From Trichosphaerium sp. ATCC 40318 (lineage: Eukaryota > Protista > Tubulinea), in NCBI GenBank assembly GCA_038496445.1, contig JALMLS010000478.1, positions 89,506 to 153,505 of the forward strand: 64,000 nt of DNA, in the 5' to 3' direction. Position numbers and translations under genes: made by a program. Positions 22,946 to 35,194 of this stretch are shown here, in pieces. Every line of letters starts with the position of its first letter. Within the stretch, counting starts at the first letter, position 1. The notes under the pieces are model-generated. The model was given only the letters and a program-made list of their open reading frames with translations. It was not told the origin of the DNA and made no database searches.

Positions 22946-25258
22946 ATGGATTTGGTCTATTTCTGCGTTGCGTTGTTCGTATTAGTCGCTATGACTCATG
23001 GTAGAACAGGTACGAGTAGTATTAAAACAAGCCTTTAGTAAAGGCCGTTCAAATAACAGAAATTGTGTTTTAGTCATAACTTCAAGTGAACATGTTTGTG
23101 GCAATGATATTGGTTGTTATCTGCGAGAAGAACCTACAGAGCTTATTCTCAATTCAACAAACTTGACTTTGGGTAACTTTAGTGGCGAAACCGAAGTTTC
23201 AAAAAGCGTTGACATTTATGGTAAGTTGGTGGTTCTCAGTAAAGTTGTAACTAAGCGCGTTTAGGATTGTATAATGTAAATGTCTCTTGCGAAGGAGAGC
23301 GGCTATCCCCACTTTACAACAATATCAGTATCTCGCTGTCAGGATTTACAATTCGAGATTGCCTAGTCAGACTTTACGATTATGCGAATGTTACCATGAC
23401 GTACTTGGAGCAAGGCAACCCTAAAAGCAATGTTAATATTCACTTTAGAAATATGACGTTTACTGGACATGATACAGGCTTAAGGGTTATAGACAGGTAC
23501 AACGCTATTGCTATAGATACAGTTGCTTACAACTGAACTATAGTGACGTGTCGCTTAAAAAAGTGACATTTAGAGATGTTTTTATATCATCATTTGCTGC
23601 TTGGAATGTTCTGAGCATTGATTTCACAGAGAGGGCTTATTTACAAGATTGTGTTTTTTCGCATATTGCTTACAATGAACCATATAGAGCAGGTACCACA
23701 GAAAAATTATATTAACTTTTTAGATAACACCACATAGCACTGATTCGTATTAAAACAGTGACAAGAGTACACAAGCAATTTATTTTGAATCTCATAACGT
23801 ATAATTAGGTTGTAATCAATTCTTGTTTCGTTGAGGACAATACTATTTTTGAGACTACATTTTTAAACATAGTACAAACAGATGAAGCAGAAATATCAAA
23901 CTCTAGTTTTGTGAGAAACAAAGCGAGCATACCATCTGACGGCACATGTAGGGGTACTATCTTACATGTAGTTATGAGTACTAACCATAATTTGGAATAG
24001 AGTATGTGGGTGTACACTCTAGTAGGTTGCTTATAGACTCTTGTGTGTTTGAGAATAATACTTGCATGTACGTTCTCTTGTTTGTTCTATTGTGAAGTAT
24101 CTTGCCATTTACAATACTCGTTTAGAAGAACAAATTCTTCAGCAATTCTAACTTCTCCTTCATTTCTCGGGTTGGAAAGCAATATTACAATAAGGTCAAG
24201 AATATTCTATTTACCGGTGAAGTGCTTATCTTTGTGTAGAAATACGAGATTTACTAATGACAGTGGTAATTATAAAGACAACTAAATAGTTTTAATCCAA
24301 GGTAGAACCAAACATAGTATTTTCCTGTGACTCAAATAATCTCAATTTCACGTGTGAAAAAAACAAATGCTACAGTACTACATTCTTTGGAGAGTGCAAT
24401 ACAACTGGTAACTATACCAATATTATATTCACACTCAACTTAACAGTATCTGACAATATTTAATAGTTACATGCAACAACGAACATTATTGTGGTAATAC
24501 CTTTTACGGTTCAAAAAAGCGTACTATCTAACATAGCAATCTAGTAACTCCCACAGTTGAGCCAACTGTGCCACCGACAACCACACCTACAACTGCAACC
24601 CTACCAAATGGAATCGTGTTATCTGGTCCTTTGATAATAGATGGAGATTTGATCCACTCAGGAACAGCTACAATTACCCCAGGAGGCTTTCTTGAAGTTG
24701 AAGGTAACACGTGATTCAGTTTTTGATATTTATGTTATTGAATCCTTGATCTCATCAAGTGTAGGATCTATTGTGATACCACCAAACGCGACATTCATCA
24801 TTGATTTCAGTGGTTACACTGTTGCAATAATTGATGACACGAGAATTGAAGTAATGAGAAGTAATCACGGTTCAATAAGCGGTAGTGTTGCACTTGTTCA
24901 ACCAGAAAAGCCATGTTTAAGTGCAATGCTTGACAGGAGTCTTTCATCGTATGTCTATGTCTACTTTTGAGTCATCTAAATGACCCTGATTTTGATTTAA
25001 GGATATTTGTAATTGCATCAAGACCTGACACTTGTGGCAACAAAACTGAAACAATGAACCTTACTATGGCGCTAGGTATTACTTTTGGTGTTCTTGTATT
25101 GGTATGTTGCTATCTTATTTTTAGCGTGTTCACAACTTTTGACTTGGTGATAGGTGCTCATTGGTATTATTGTTATTTTCTTTGTTCCAAAGTTGAGACA
25201 TGCAATTTTGCCGTTCTCACTACGTAAAGCACATAAAATTTCTTCTACTGCAAGTTAA
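22946..25258 (+). CDS. Surface-protein family copy C (apparently intact)
   Basis: Collinear exons with copy A, plus Cys-rich mini-exons at ~24300-24495 and an extra intron at ~23496-23544. Confidence 0.8.
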
Positions 25259-25774
25259 TTGTAATAAACAACAAAATGATTTAAGGCTCTTTGTTCATTC
25301 TACATTGCCATTTAATTGCTTGTTTTGTGTCACATCCCTAGTACCATTGGCTCCTACAACAACACCTGATTTGAGGGGACCCTATCTCTTGGCTTGTTTT
25401 AAGGACTGGTTTGTATAGCCATTATCTCTTGGACCTTACAACTAACTGTAACATTGCAAAGATTTTGTGACTTGGCTAAGAGCCAAAAAAATAATACTTG
25501 TTTGCCATGCAATCGTTTCCAAAAATTACCGGTTGCTTCAAAAAGCCTATTACTACATTTGGCTTTAAAGTTTAAAATCTCACGTTCTAGTTTCGTAGCC
25601 TTATCCTTGCTATCGGTCATATTAAGGATAAACATTGTGCTCATTGTCAGAGTTAGATTAAGACTGACACTTCAAGCAAGGACATTCAGAGAAAGGATTT
25701 TAACCAAACAAAAGCCGTTTATCCAAAACAGACTCAAATCAAAGGAATTTACGACTATTACTAATTGGAGCATT

Positions 25775-26469
25775 ATGTCACTTGATCACGACAGTCTGAT
25801 ATTAGTTTTCAGTTATTTGGAACCAAAATACCTTAAAATCGCTTCAATTGTCAATAAACATTGGAATACAGTGGCTACAAGCAATGATATGCGTAAAGTA
25901 TTAAAATTATGGCCTATTATGCTAAACAAGAGGATAAAGAGTTGGTTTCGCGCTTACGTGCACTATGCTTCTATGTTCTGCCATAAAAATAGCTTTGATG
26001 ATATTCACTTCCGAACGACAAGAGACATTGTATTAAAAGATGGAATATCGTCAATTAAACCAACTGAAACTTTCCACATAACTCTTCAACTTGACGGAAC
26101 CTTTGAGTATGAAACATACACGGAAATAAACTGCCGTCGTTCTACAACCACAAGAGGTACGAACAATATCACGTGTTTGTCAATAACATAAATCTGATCA
26201 ACAAAAACACAATAGGAACGTGGAGATTGTCAAAAAAAAAGAAGAAATGGGTTGTACGAACACATGAAAATCAAACAAGACAGGACGAGGTGTGGTTCAA
26301 CGACAGAGTTTCCAGGCAAACCAAGACGAAAAAAGATCCTTTTAGTAAATGTGATAAGCACGTGATATATACAGCTGTAATAGATACCGACGGAACTGTT
26401 AAAGGGTTGATAGTACCTTTAAAAAAGAAAGATAAAAACAAAGTTGTAATGAATGCAAGTCACTTCTGA
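25775..26469 (+). CDS. F-box protein with unknown C-terminal domain (2 exons)
   Basis: MSLDHDSLILVFSYLEPKYLKIASIVNKHWNTVA fits the F-box consensus. Intron ~26157-26215 GTACGA..TAG joins the two ORFs in frame. Confidence 0.75.
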
Positions 26470-27341
26470 CAAGTTTAATAAAACATTCGGCCATTGAAAC
26501 ACCTTGGTTAAGCTAATTGGTTTGAGTAAGGAAATTTTACCAACGTTTCTTGAACCCATCAAACCAACCTCGCATACTAGATTGGGGTCAACAAAACGTA
26601 CTGTACCTCATAGTTCTCCAAGTGATAAAGGCATATGCTCCACCCAAGAGGGTTATTTTGATTTGTGCTTGTACCATTGTTGCTGTTGATGTTCGTTATA
26701 ATTAGATATGTGGCTGTCAGAAAACTCAACATCCTAAAACAGGAGATACCAAAAGCTACACTGCTACAACAATTACGATATCATTGAAACTACTCTCGTT
26801 TACAATGACATCTTGACAGACAACTTTGGTCGGGTCAACGAAATACTGAAACACATACTATGGTCAAGGGATGTACTTCACTGTACGTTACTATCCTTTT
26901 TTGCTGTAGGTTAATCTTCATTGCCGCCAATAGAGAAGAAGTTCATGATATGATAAATGGAAGAAACGCAAAAACAGAAAAACTTCAACTATTTCTTCTT
27001 CTCAATTCCGATTCATACTCCTGAAATGAATCTCGTTCATCCACCTATTCCATGCACTAAAAACTGTTGAATGAAATAAACAAGCAATATATCGTGATCA
27101 TTAACTTGGCTTAGAGGTGTAAGGAACCTGTAAAGATCTCAGGTAGATGTTCACACGTACTCTCCAGTTTGCGTTTACGTGTTACTTCACAATCCATAGA
27201 ATGTCAAACTATCACCTGCTATTCCTTTGATTTTATGGAGCTCTATACTTAGATAACAAGTACCTAGTTGTAGCACCAACCTAGAGGTATTGAAATGGGA
27301 TCCTTATTGTTTATCAACAAGGTGACAAGTGAACTATTTAT

Positions 27342-28400
27342 TTATTGCATTTGTCTGCTCATGAACACTGTCGAATGCCCTTTTGTTTCTTTTTGTTTAA
27401 TAGTACCATTTGAAAGGTAGTTCTTATGCTTCATCGAGTATACCTTTGTTATAATAACATTGCATTATCAGGACACCTTCTTTGTTCCACTCATTGTACT
27501 CTCCGTCAAGTTCACCATTTCTATAGTAGCTCTCAACAGTTTACCATTCTCATGCCATTCCTTATGATTTCCTTCAAGTACTTCTTTAACAAAAAAACAC
27601 CTTTTTAGCAAGGTACCATCTCCATAGTATTCCTTGTATTCTCCTTCGAGATAACCCTTGATTTTAAAACAAGCTTGAATAAGTTCCCATTTTTGTAAAA
27701 CTCTTTGTATACTCCTTGTTGTCTACCATTGACAACGTAGAACTGCCTAACCAATACACCATTTGTGGACCACTCCTTGACCTTACTGTCACGTGTACCT
27801 ATGATCCTTTTACGTTGTAGACGCAAGGTGCCATTATGGTCATATCTCCTGGATGTGCCTTCAACTGCATCATTGACATAGCGATGCTTCAAAAACAAGC
27901 CACCTTCTTCATTCCACTCAGTGCACTTTCCTTCAAGTTTATCATCGACATAGTGACACCGCTTACGTAATGTTCCACGTGCATCCCATGTCTTATACTT
28001 TCCTTCAAGTTTATCGTTGACATAGTGACAATGTTTACGTAATCTGCCATGTATGTCCCACATCTTGTACGCTCCTTCGAGGTTATCGTTGACGTAATGG
28101 CAATGTTTACGTAATCTGCCATGTATGTCCCACATCTTGTACTCTCCATCAAGGTTACCGTTGGTAAAGTAACACTGTCTTGCTAGCTTATAGCTATTTT
28201 TGGTACTGTGCTGGTGTATTTTTAGCCACTTGCCATGCTTCTTCAAGTCTCTATCAAATCTAGAGGTTGTAGCTGTTTGTTTTGATAAGAGTGGCCATTT
28301 AAGGTATATATCAATATCTATTTCGATTATTACGAGCTGTAGCTCTATTGGAAGTTGTAGTAGATGACAATAATCCGACTTTGAAGCTCCCGCCTATGGT
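27342..28400 (-). pseudogene. F-box-like + MORN-variant repeat protein with frameshifts
   Basis: LLQLPIELQLVII N-terminus in frame with 23-aa repeats (LEGxYKxWDxxGxLRKxCHYVND; near-exact 69-bp unit at ~28030-28140). Repeats continue in other frames to ~27340. Confidence 0.65.
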
Positions 28401-28479
28401 TTTTGTTTAGAATGGCGTACATCTTGCTTTTACAACACGATAGTACCTCTTCTGTCATTTTTAGTAAAACGATTACTTA

Positions 28480-29553
28480 CAATGAGGTGTTGGAGTTTGA
28501 GTGGTGTTGGTATCGCTTAAAGTGAGCGTAAAAGCACTTAACCAATATATGCAAGGCAAATTTGAGAGCACTTTTTTTTTTGATTTATCTTACCTTTTTC
28601 TGTGGGTCGTCACCGTTATTCATGGGGATCATGCTATTCGGTAGCAGCGTTCTCATTGGTAGTGTTTTTCCACTTCTTCCTAATGTAGTGACCACTGTAG
28701 GTTGCTACATAGAGCGTGGATGCTTGATCTTGGTTTTATTGTTTGGGTATGCACTTTCAATTTATTCCATTTTTGTTCTTATAACACCAATTCTTCTTTA
28801 CAGGCCATTATTTGCAAAGAAGCTTCGTATAGAGGCTTGTACTCTAACAAAACACCAGAAGACTTCAAAATTTCTGATAAAACAGTTTCTTGGGTTCTAT
28901 CACTTGTTGGTGCTCATACTATTTTATTGATTGTTGCTGTATACAAGTAACTCAATCACTATCTCACTAATTTCATTCCTACTAGTCCGTTGTTGGTCTC
29001 CCAAAGAGAGGAACAGTCGTACTGGATACTATTCGTCAATAACAATTACTATAGCTGCGAGATGAAGCCAGGCTTCAATGTTATTGTATACATCATTTCT
29101 GCTTGTAACGTAAGTCTTAGTTGATTCATGTTGACTCTTAACTCATAGAATTAGGGTGCATTATTATTGGTTACAAGTGTTGTAGCTTTCAGAGTTAGAT
29201 TGATACCTATCAAGCAGTTTAATGAGTCCAAACTCATTTTCTTTTCTGTTTACAATGTAGCCTTTTTCTCCGTGCTTTGTTTTGCTCTTGCTCTTGCACA
29301 GATTGAAAGATTTACTCAGTTCCTTCTATCCTTATTTATCATATCAGGATCTAGTACGTCCATTGATGAAATACAGTTTTACATAGCGCTAACGTTGTTT
29401 TTAGCCATCACAGTCAATTCAATTTTCTTGCACAAGACACGCTTTTCAACATTCTTGTCAAGTGTTAACTCATCCAGGTCATCTTCAAGCACTTCTAAGT
29501 TTAAAACCTGCGTTCTCAAACTGCCATACCTTCATAAAATTAATCGTATCTAG
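28480..29553 (+). pseudogene. Class C (GABA-B/Grl-like) GPCR 7TM region, frameshifted, no ectodomain visible
   Basis: SSPLFMGIMLFG, PLFAKKLRI, AFRVRLIPIKQFNESKLIFFSVYN are class C 7TM hallmarks. Stops and frameshifts near 28830 and 29040. Confidence 0.65.
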
Positions 29554-29878
29554 AAATACCTCTGTCACCGATAGCGAATATAACGTGTAAGCTCATCACA
29601 TGTAAAACAAAACTGTAAAAAAAAAGCTCTATGTCTCGATGCAATTGGTGGTATTGTTAGACAGTGTCAGAAAGATTTAGTCTCATTTATCTAGACACTT
29701 GTGCACGTGGTTTGGTACACTCAAATTTCCCTATTCCTGTTACACCACAACTCCGCGGAGTAGATAGTAGAGCGATAAAGAGTAGTAGACGTTGTCAAAA
29801 CGTTACTGCTGACTTAAATTAGAGAAAGTTAAGTTTTCGGAACTGTTCGCTCAAAAAACTTTTCGGTAAAGCATCAAC

Positions 29879-32600
29879 ATGGCGGAGACTTCAAAAAAGT
29901 GGGGATTTAGCAACGACCCATTACTATGGGCTCGATACGAGGTACAATATTGAAATACATGAGTAACGCTTCGCGAAACGATCACGTCTGACTGATTGAT
30001 ACTAGGTAGCTACAAGAGACGCTCAAGTACGGTCTTAATAACAAAAATCCTGTTGTTTTGCAGACTTTTTCCTTAAAGTCCGTTTAAAATAGGTTCCTGA
30101 GGAAGACGAGATCACCAAGACGTTGAAGCCTATTACTAGGGTAAGAATAATACCATTGATGACGTGTGAATCGAGCGATCGTTTAAATTTGTTTTAGGAG
30201 AACAAAGACTTGGTGTGGAAGGTTATTAATGGCGTAGATCATGTATTAGTAACGGTTTACACTAACTTTTGGGGATACGACGGAAAGGACCACAATGAGG
30301 TTTGTTTTTTTGGTTTTTTTGAGAAAGTTATAGTTTTGCGATTTCCCGTCTCTAATGTGTATTAGAAAATGAGCTTGCCTGTTGTACTATGGTGTACACC
30401 ATATCCTTACCTCCATAGGGACTATATTCTTAAAAAGAGGTACTTTAAAGCTCTGAAAACATCTGTCAACTTTTTTTCTTTTCGATCTCGACCAAAAAAA
30501 AGTACTGGCACGTTTCTGTTTTTCTGTTTATTTTCTGTTTACATAAATCTCCAAAACTTGTTTTCTATCACTCATAGATTAAACCAAGATGAAAAAAAAC
30601 AAAAAAAGAGAGATCTACATCAATCAGTTTTGTTATTCTTGTATTTTTGTTAAAACACACTGCTAGCGATCCACCGAACCCTCAGGCTAAGACTGATGAA
30701 GAAAAAATGCATTTACGTATTATTCAAGGACTAGGACTGGTAAGAAACAATACTGAGCCACGTTTTTCTTTGAACACGTGGTTGCCAAAGTCAATATTTG
30801 AAATTCAAGCGCTATTCTTGCTAAGCGCTGTTCTTTCTTTTAGCCACCTGATAGTTACAACCCTTATTTTGTTGAATTGTGGGTAAACCCTGCTGATATG
30901 TTACGCCCTTCTGTGGATAATGAGATTACTGGTAAGTTATAAATAGAGTCTTTTCGAGAGATACTAATAACGTGGTTATAGATACTTCTGCTGGTGTTGC
31001 TGACATTAACAAAGAATCCGCTGAGGTAAAGTCTCATAGTTCTGGATTTCAAAAATGGTATACCAACATGAAGAGCACCGCATACGATAGACAAGATGTC
31101 GATTGGCCTTGGACCAGATTGGGTACGCGTCCTTCTTATGTTAGAATATAATTAGTCAGAAAAGTTTGATGTTTTGTATTTATTGGGTTTTTTAAAGGCT
31201 ATACTTTCGACTGGCATCGTAAAAACCCAAGTGTTGATGCTGATATCGCTAAATTGTACGTTAATTTTAAAAAGAAGTTGGAGGGTATAGACGAACGAAT
31301 TTATCAACCCTTTTTCTTAGTGTTTTTCTTTTTTTTTTGGCAAATTATTGTTTTCTAGTATTATCACGTGGTAGTCTAATTTTTTAAACAATAGTTTGGG
31401 TAAATCAGGAGTATCTCTGGATGAAAGCGAAAAAGCAGTCCGTGAATGGATCATAGACGTTGTAGGTAGATTAACTAAATTCGAAACAGAAATCGATACT
31501 TTCAAAGGAGATGCTAAAAAAGTTGGTAAGAAATTTATTCACTATTGATTTTTGGAGTAACACGTGATAATATCTTTGAATTAATTCATTCATCTAGAGT
31601 CTATGGTCGAAAATGAGCTTAAAAAGCTATCCACTGGCGAAGATCTCACAAAGCAACTTGCTGATGGTGTCATCTTACTTTGGGCTTTGCGTTTCGCTTT
31701 TCCTTTGAAAGAGCCTGAAGGTTTTGACTCTGGTATCGAGCGTGATATGTCCCTATCAGGCCCAAAAGCTCTTAAAGAGTTCTTTGACTATTGCAAGAGC
31801 AAGGCCATCCCTGAAGCGTACCTTTGTGATCCTAGTAACCTCGAAAAGGATAAACTCATCGCAACTCTTCTTTTTATCATTGACTTGACAGAAATGCAAG
31901 AAATTGGATTAAGCGAGTACATCATTACCGGTGCTGCAAGGAAGACTGAGGAGACCTTATCTCCTATCGTGTACGTTTATAATTGCACTCTCAGATACGA
32001 TCAAGTACAAGCATACGGTGACAGAAGTAAGACTTTTTTTGAAAAATTTTTTTTGCTCTTTCAAGAAAAAATGTGTTTGTTAAGTCTGTGATCCTGACTT
32101 CTTTACTAGTGCGATTCGAGGCCAAATCTTACACTGAGAAACCTGTTATCAAAGCTGGACAAGACTTCTATTTTACATACGACAGGTAACTGTTTCTCTG
32201 AAAGGAGAGCCCTTAAGTTTTGGGTTCATTTGCTAATTTTTTGTAAACAGGGAAAATCGTCTTCCTCAGTTTGAAGAGAAAGGAGAATTCAATACTGCTA
32301 AAATAACGACACACGTGATTTTCCATGTTAATGGAAAGCCAACTGAGCCTTCTCAAGTTGTTATTTTGGATCACAATGAAGCAAACGACCTACCACCAGA
32401 ACTGAGATCAAAACCTATTGCTGTGCCTTCTGGTTGTACACAAATAGAGGCAAGCCGAGTTAACACATTTGTTTTGACTTCTTTTTTTGTGCGGCCCTAT
32501 TAACTGTTCCTCGTAGATGTGGTTTGAAAACAAGCTACCATCAGGTGCTACGCATGTTGATGATAACAAAGGAGCACACTATAAATTCTCGGTTGCTTGA
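29879..32600 (+). CDS. Three-domain protein: bacterial-type uncharacterised domain + calponin-homology-like domain + DUF6209-like domain
   Basis: Spliced ORF of about 14 exons: LRIIQGLGLPPD..FVELWVNPADMLRP..WPWTRLGYTFDW; VREWIIDVVG..LADGVILL..EFFDYCKSKAIPEAYL; AGQDFYFTYD..RLP..IAVPSGCTQIEMWFEN..DDNKGAHYKF. Domain names come from motif recall, not a search. Confidence 0.75.
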
Positions 32601-32975
32601 ACAAACGATTTTGTGGCAGTTAGTTGGTGAGAAGCTAATTTAACTATCATGTGACGAAATAAACTACATGTTTACAAAGAAACGTTTTGTCTTTGTTTTT
32701 TTTTTCTTGGACCTGTAGTCTCGGTACATACAAAGACACCAAGTTTTTGTACCAGCTTCATGGCTTACATGTATGTTGATCTTGAACCGAAAGATGCCTT
32801 CCGAAAGCAATTCTAAGTAGGGACTGGGAAAGTAGTTGATCTAACCATTTCATCTAATAGCCTAATACGAGCTAAAAATAGCAACCAGAGGTGTAAAACG
32901 CAGTGTTAATAACTACCTCTCTAACAACCTAAGTGAGAATAAAGTAGGGTATCTACTGTTTATTGAAAAGTACAA

Positions 32976-35194
32976 TTAACTTTCAGTAGAAGTGACTTTT
33001 AGTGTGTTTTTACGTAATGAGTATGGTACAATTGCATGTCTCAACTTTGTAACAAAGAAGATGGCAATAAGACCAATGACCACCTATCACCAAGTCAAAC
33101 TTGCTACTGCTAAAAACAAATAACATACCAATAAAAGAACACCAAAGGTAATACCAAGCACCATACCAACGTTCACTGTTTCTGGTCTGTTGCCACAAGT
33201 GTCAGGTATTGATACAATTACAAATATCCTAAAATCAAAATCAGGGTCATTTAGATGACTCAAAAGTAGACATACGATGAAAAAGTTCTATCAAGCACTG
33301 CATTTAAACACACCTTTTCTGGAGGTGGAACAAGTGTAACATTACCACTTATTGTGCCATTGTTACTTCTCATTACTTCAATTCTTGTGTCATCAATTAT
33401 TGTATCATTAAAACCAGTGAAATCAATGATGAATGTTGTGTTTGGTGGTATCACAATAGATCCTACACTTGATGAGATCAAGGATGACTCAATAACATAA
33501 AATATCAAAAATTGCGTTACCTTCAACTTCAAGAAAGCCTCCTGGAGTAATTGTAGCTGTTCCTGAGTGGATCAAGTCTCCATCTATTATCAAAGGATTA
33601 GATAGCGTAATTTCATTTGGCAGAGTTCCAGTTGTAGGTGTGGCTGTTGGAGGGACTGTTGGCTCAACTGTTGGAGTTACTAGAAAGTACAATGTTAGAA
33701 AAATAAGCTCCTTGTTCGGTTGCTGCTCTTTGTAAACGTCTTACCACAATACTCCTCGTTGATGCATGTGACTATCAAGTACTGTTAGACAATGCCTTTG
33801 AGTATGAATACTGGTACCAGTTGTATTGCACTCTGCCTTTTCCGCATGCGAAATTTGTTGTAAGCCGGTCACAAGAAAAAGTTGTATTTGGGTCTAATTG
33901 GAGTAAACTATTAGTTGAATTTGTGGTCTCGATTTTACCATTATTATCATTAACAAATCTTGTATTTCTACACAAAGGTAAGCACTTCACAGTTAATAGA
34001 ATATTCTTGACCTTATTGTAATGTTACTTTCAAACCCATCAAAAGAAGGAGAAGTTAGAATTGCTGAAGAATTTGTTCTTCTAAACGAGTATTGTAAATG
34101 GCAAGATACTTCACAATAGAACAAACAAGAGAACGTACATGCAAGTATTATTCTCAAACACACAAGAATCTATGAGCAACCTAGTAGAGTATACACCCAC
34201 ATACTCTATTCCAAATTGTGGTTAGTACTCATAACTACATGTAACATAGTACCCCTACATGTGCCGTCAGATGGTATGCTCACTTTATTTCTCACAAAAC
34301 TAGAGTTTGATATTTCTGCTTCATCTGACTGTACTATGTCTAAAAATGGAGTCTCAAAAATAGTATTGTCCTCAACCAAACAAGAATCAATTACAACCTA
34401 AGCAGAAATGAGATCGTAAAAATAACATGGTCGTGTACTCTTGTGCTAGCAATTAAGTAAATCAAAGAGCTAGAGGTAGCTGAGGGGATTGTTCCGTTAT
34501 AAGAATTCTGTGAAAAAACGCAATCTTGCAAATAAACTGTTTCTGCATTTCGAATATCCAGTACATCAAAAAAAGAAACAAAAACAATATCTGTAAATGT
34601 CACATTTTTAAGAGTCACCACACTACTATACAGTTGTAAGCGACCATATCATATAATAGTGTACCTGTCTATAACCTCTAGGCCCGCATTATATCCAGTA
34701 ACTGTGATATTTCTGAGTTAGATTAGCATTGCTTTTAGGTTTGCTTAAACTCAAGTACGTAATGGTAAAATTTGCAAAATCGTAAAGTATGACTTGACAA
34801 TCTCGAATTGTAAATCCCGACATCGAGATACTGATATTATTGTAATGTGAGAGTAACCACTCCGTTTTGTTGCAAGAGACATTCACATTAAACAATCCTA
34901 AACGCACTTAGTTACAACTGACTGAAAACCAACTTACCATAAATGTCAACGCTTTTTCTAAGTGTCACAAAGTTACCAAAAACCAAGTTTGTTGAATTGA
35001 GAATAAGCTCTGTAGGTTCTTCTCGCAGATAACAATTAATATCATTGCCACAAATGTGTTCACTTGAAGTTATCACTAAATTGTAAAATTATGTAATTAA
35101 ATTATAAAGCGCTTGCACTATTCTTACGTGTGTTACCATGACTCACAGCGAAAAACGTGATAACTAATACAGCGTAGAAACAAAGCGAATCCAT
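32976..35194 (-). CDS. Surface-protein family copy D (inverted; possible frameshift near 34690)
   Basis: Reverse complement is collinear with copy C including the extra intron. ACT GGA TAA TGC is out of frame relative to copy C (ACT GGA CAT GAT ACA). Confidence 0.7.

Noticed and set aside
25454-25774. N-terminal extension of ORF 25454-26191 and similar ORFs at 8142-8480 and 18148-18591
   Set aside because: Non-ATG starts in duplicated upstream sequence; the F-box begins at ATG 25775.
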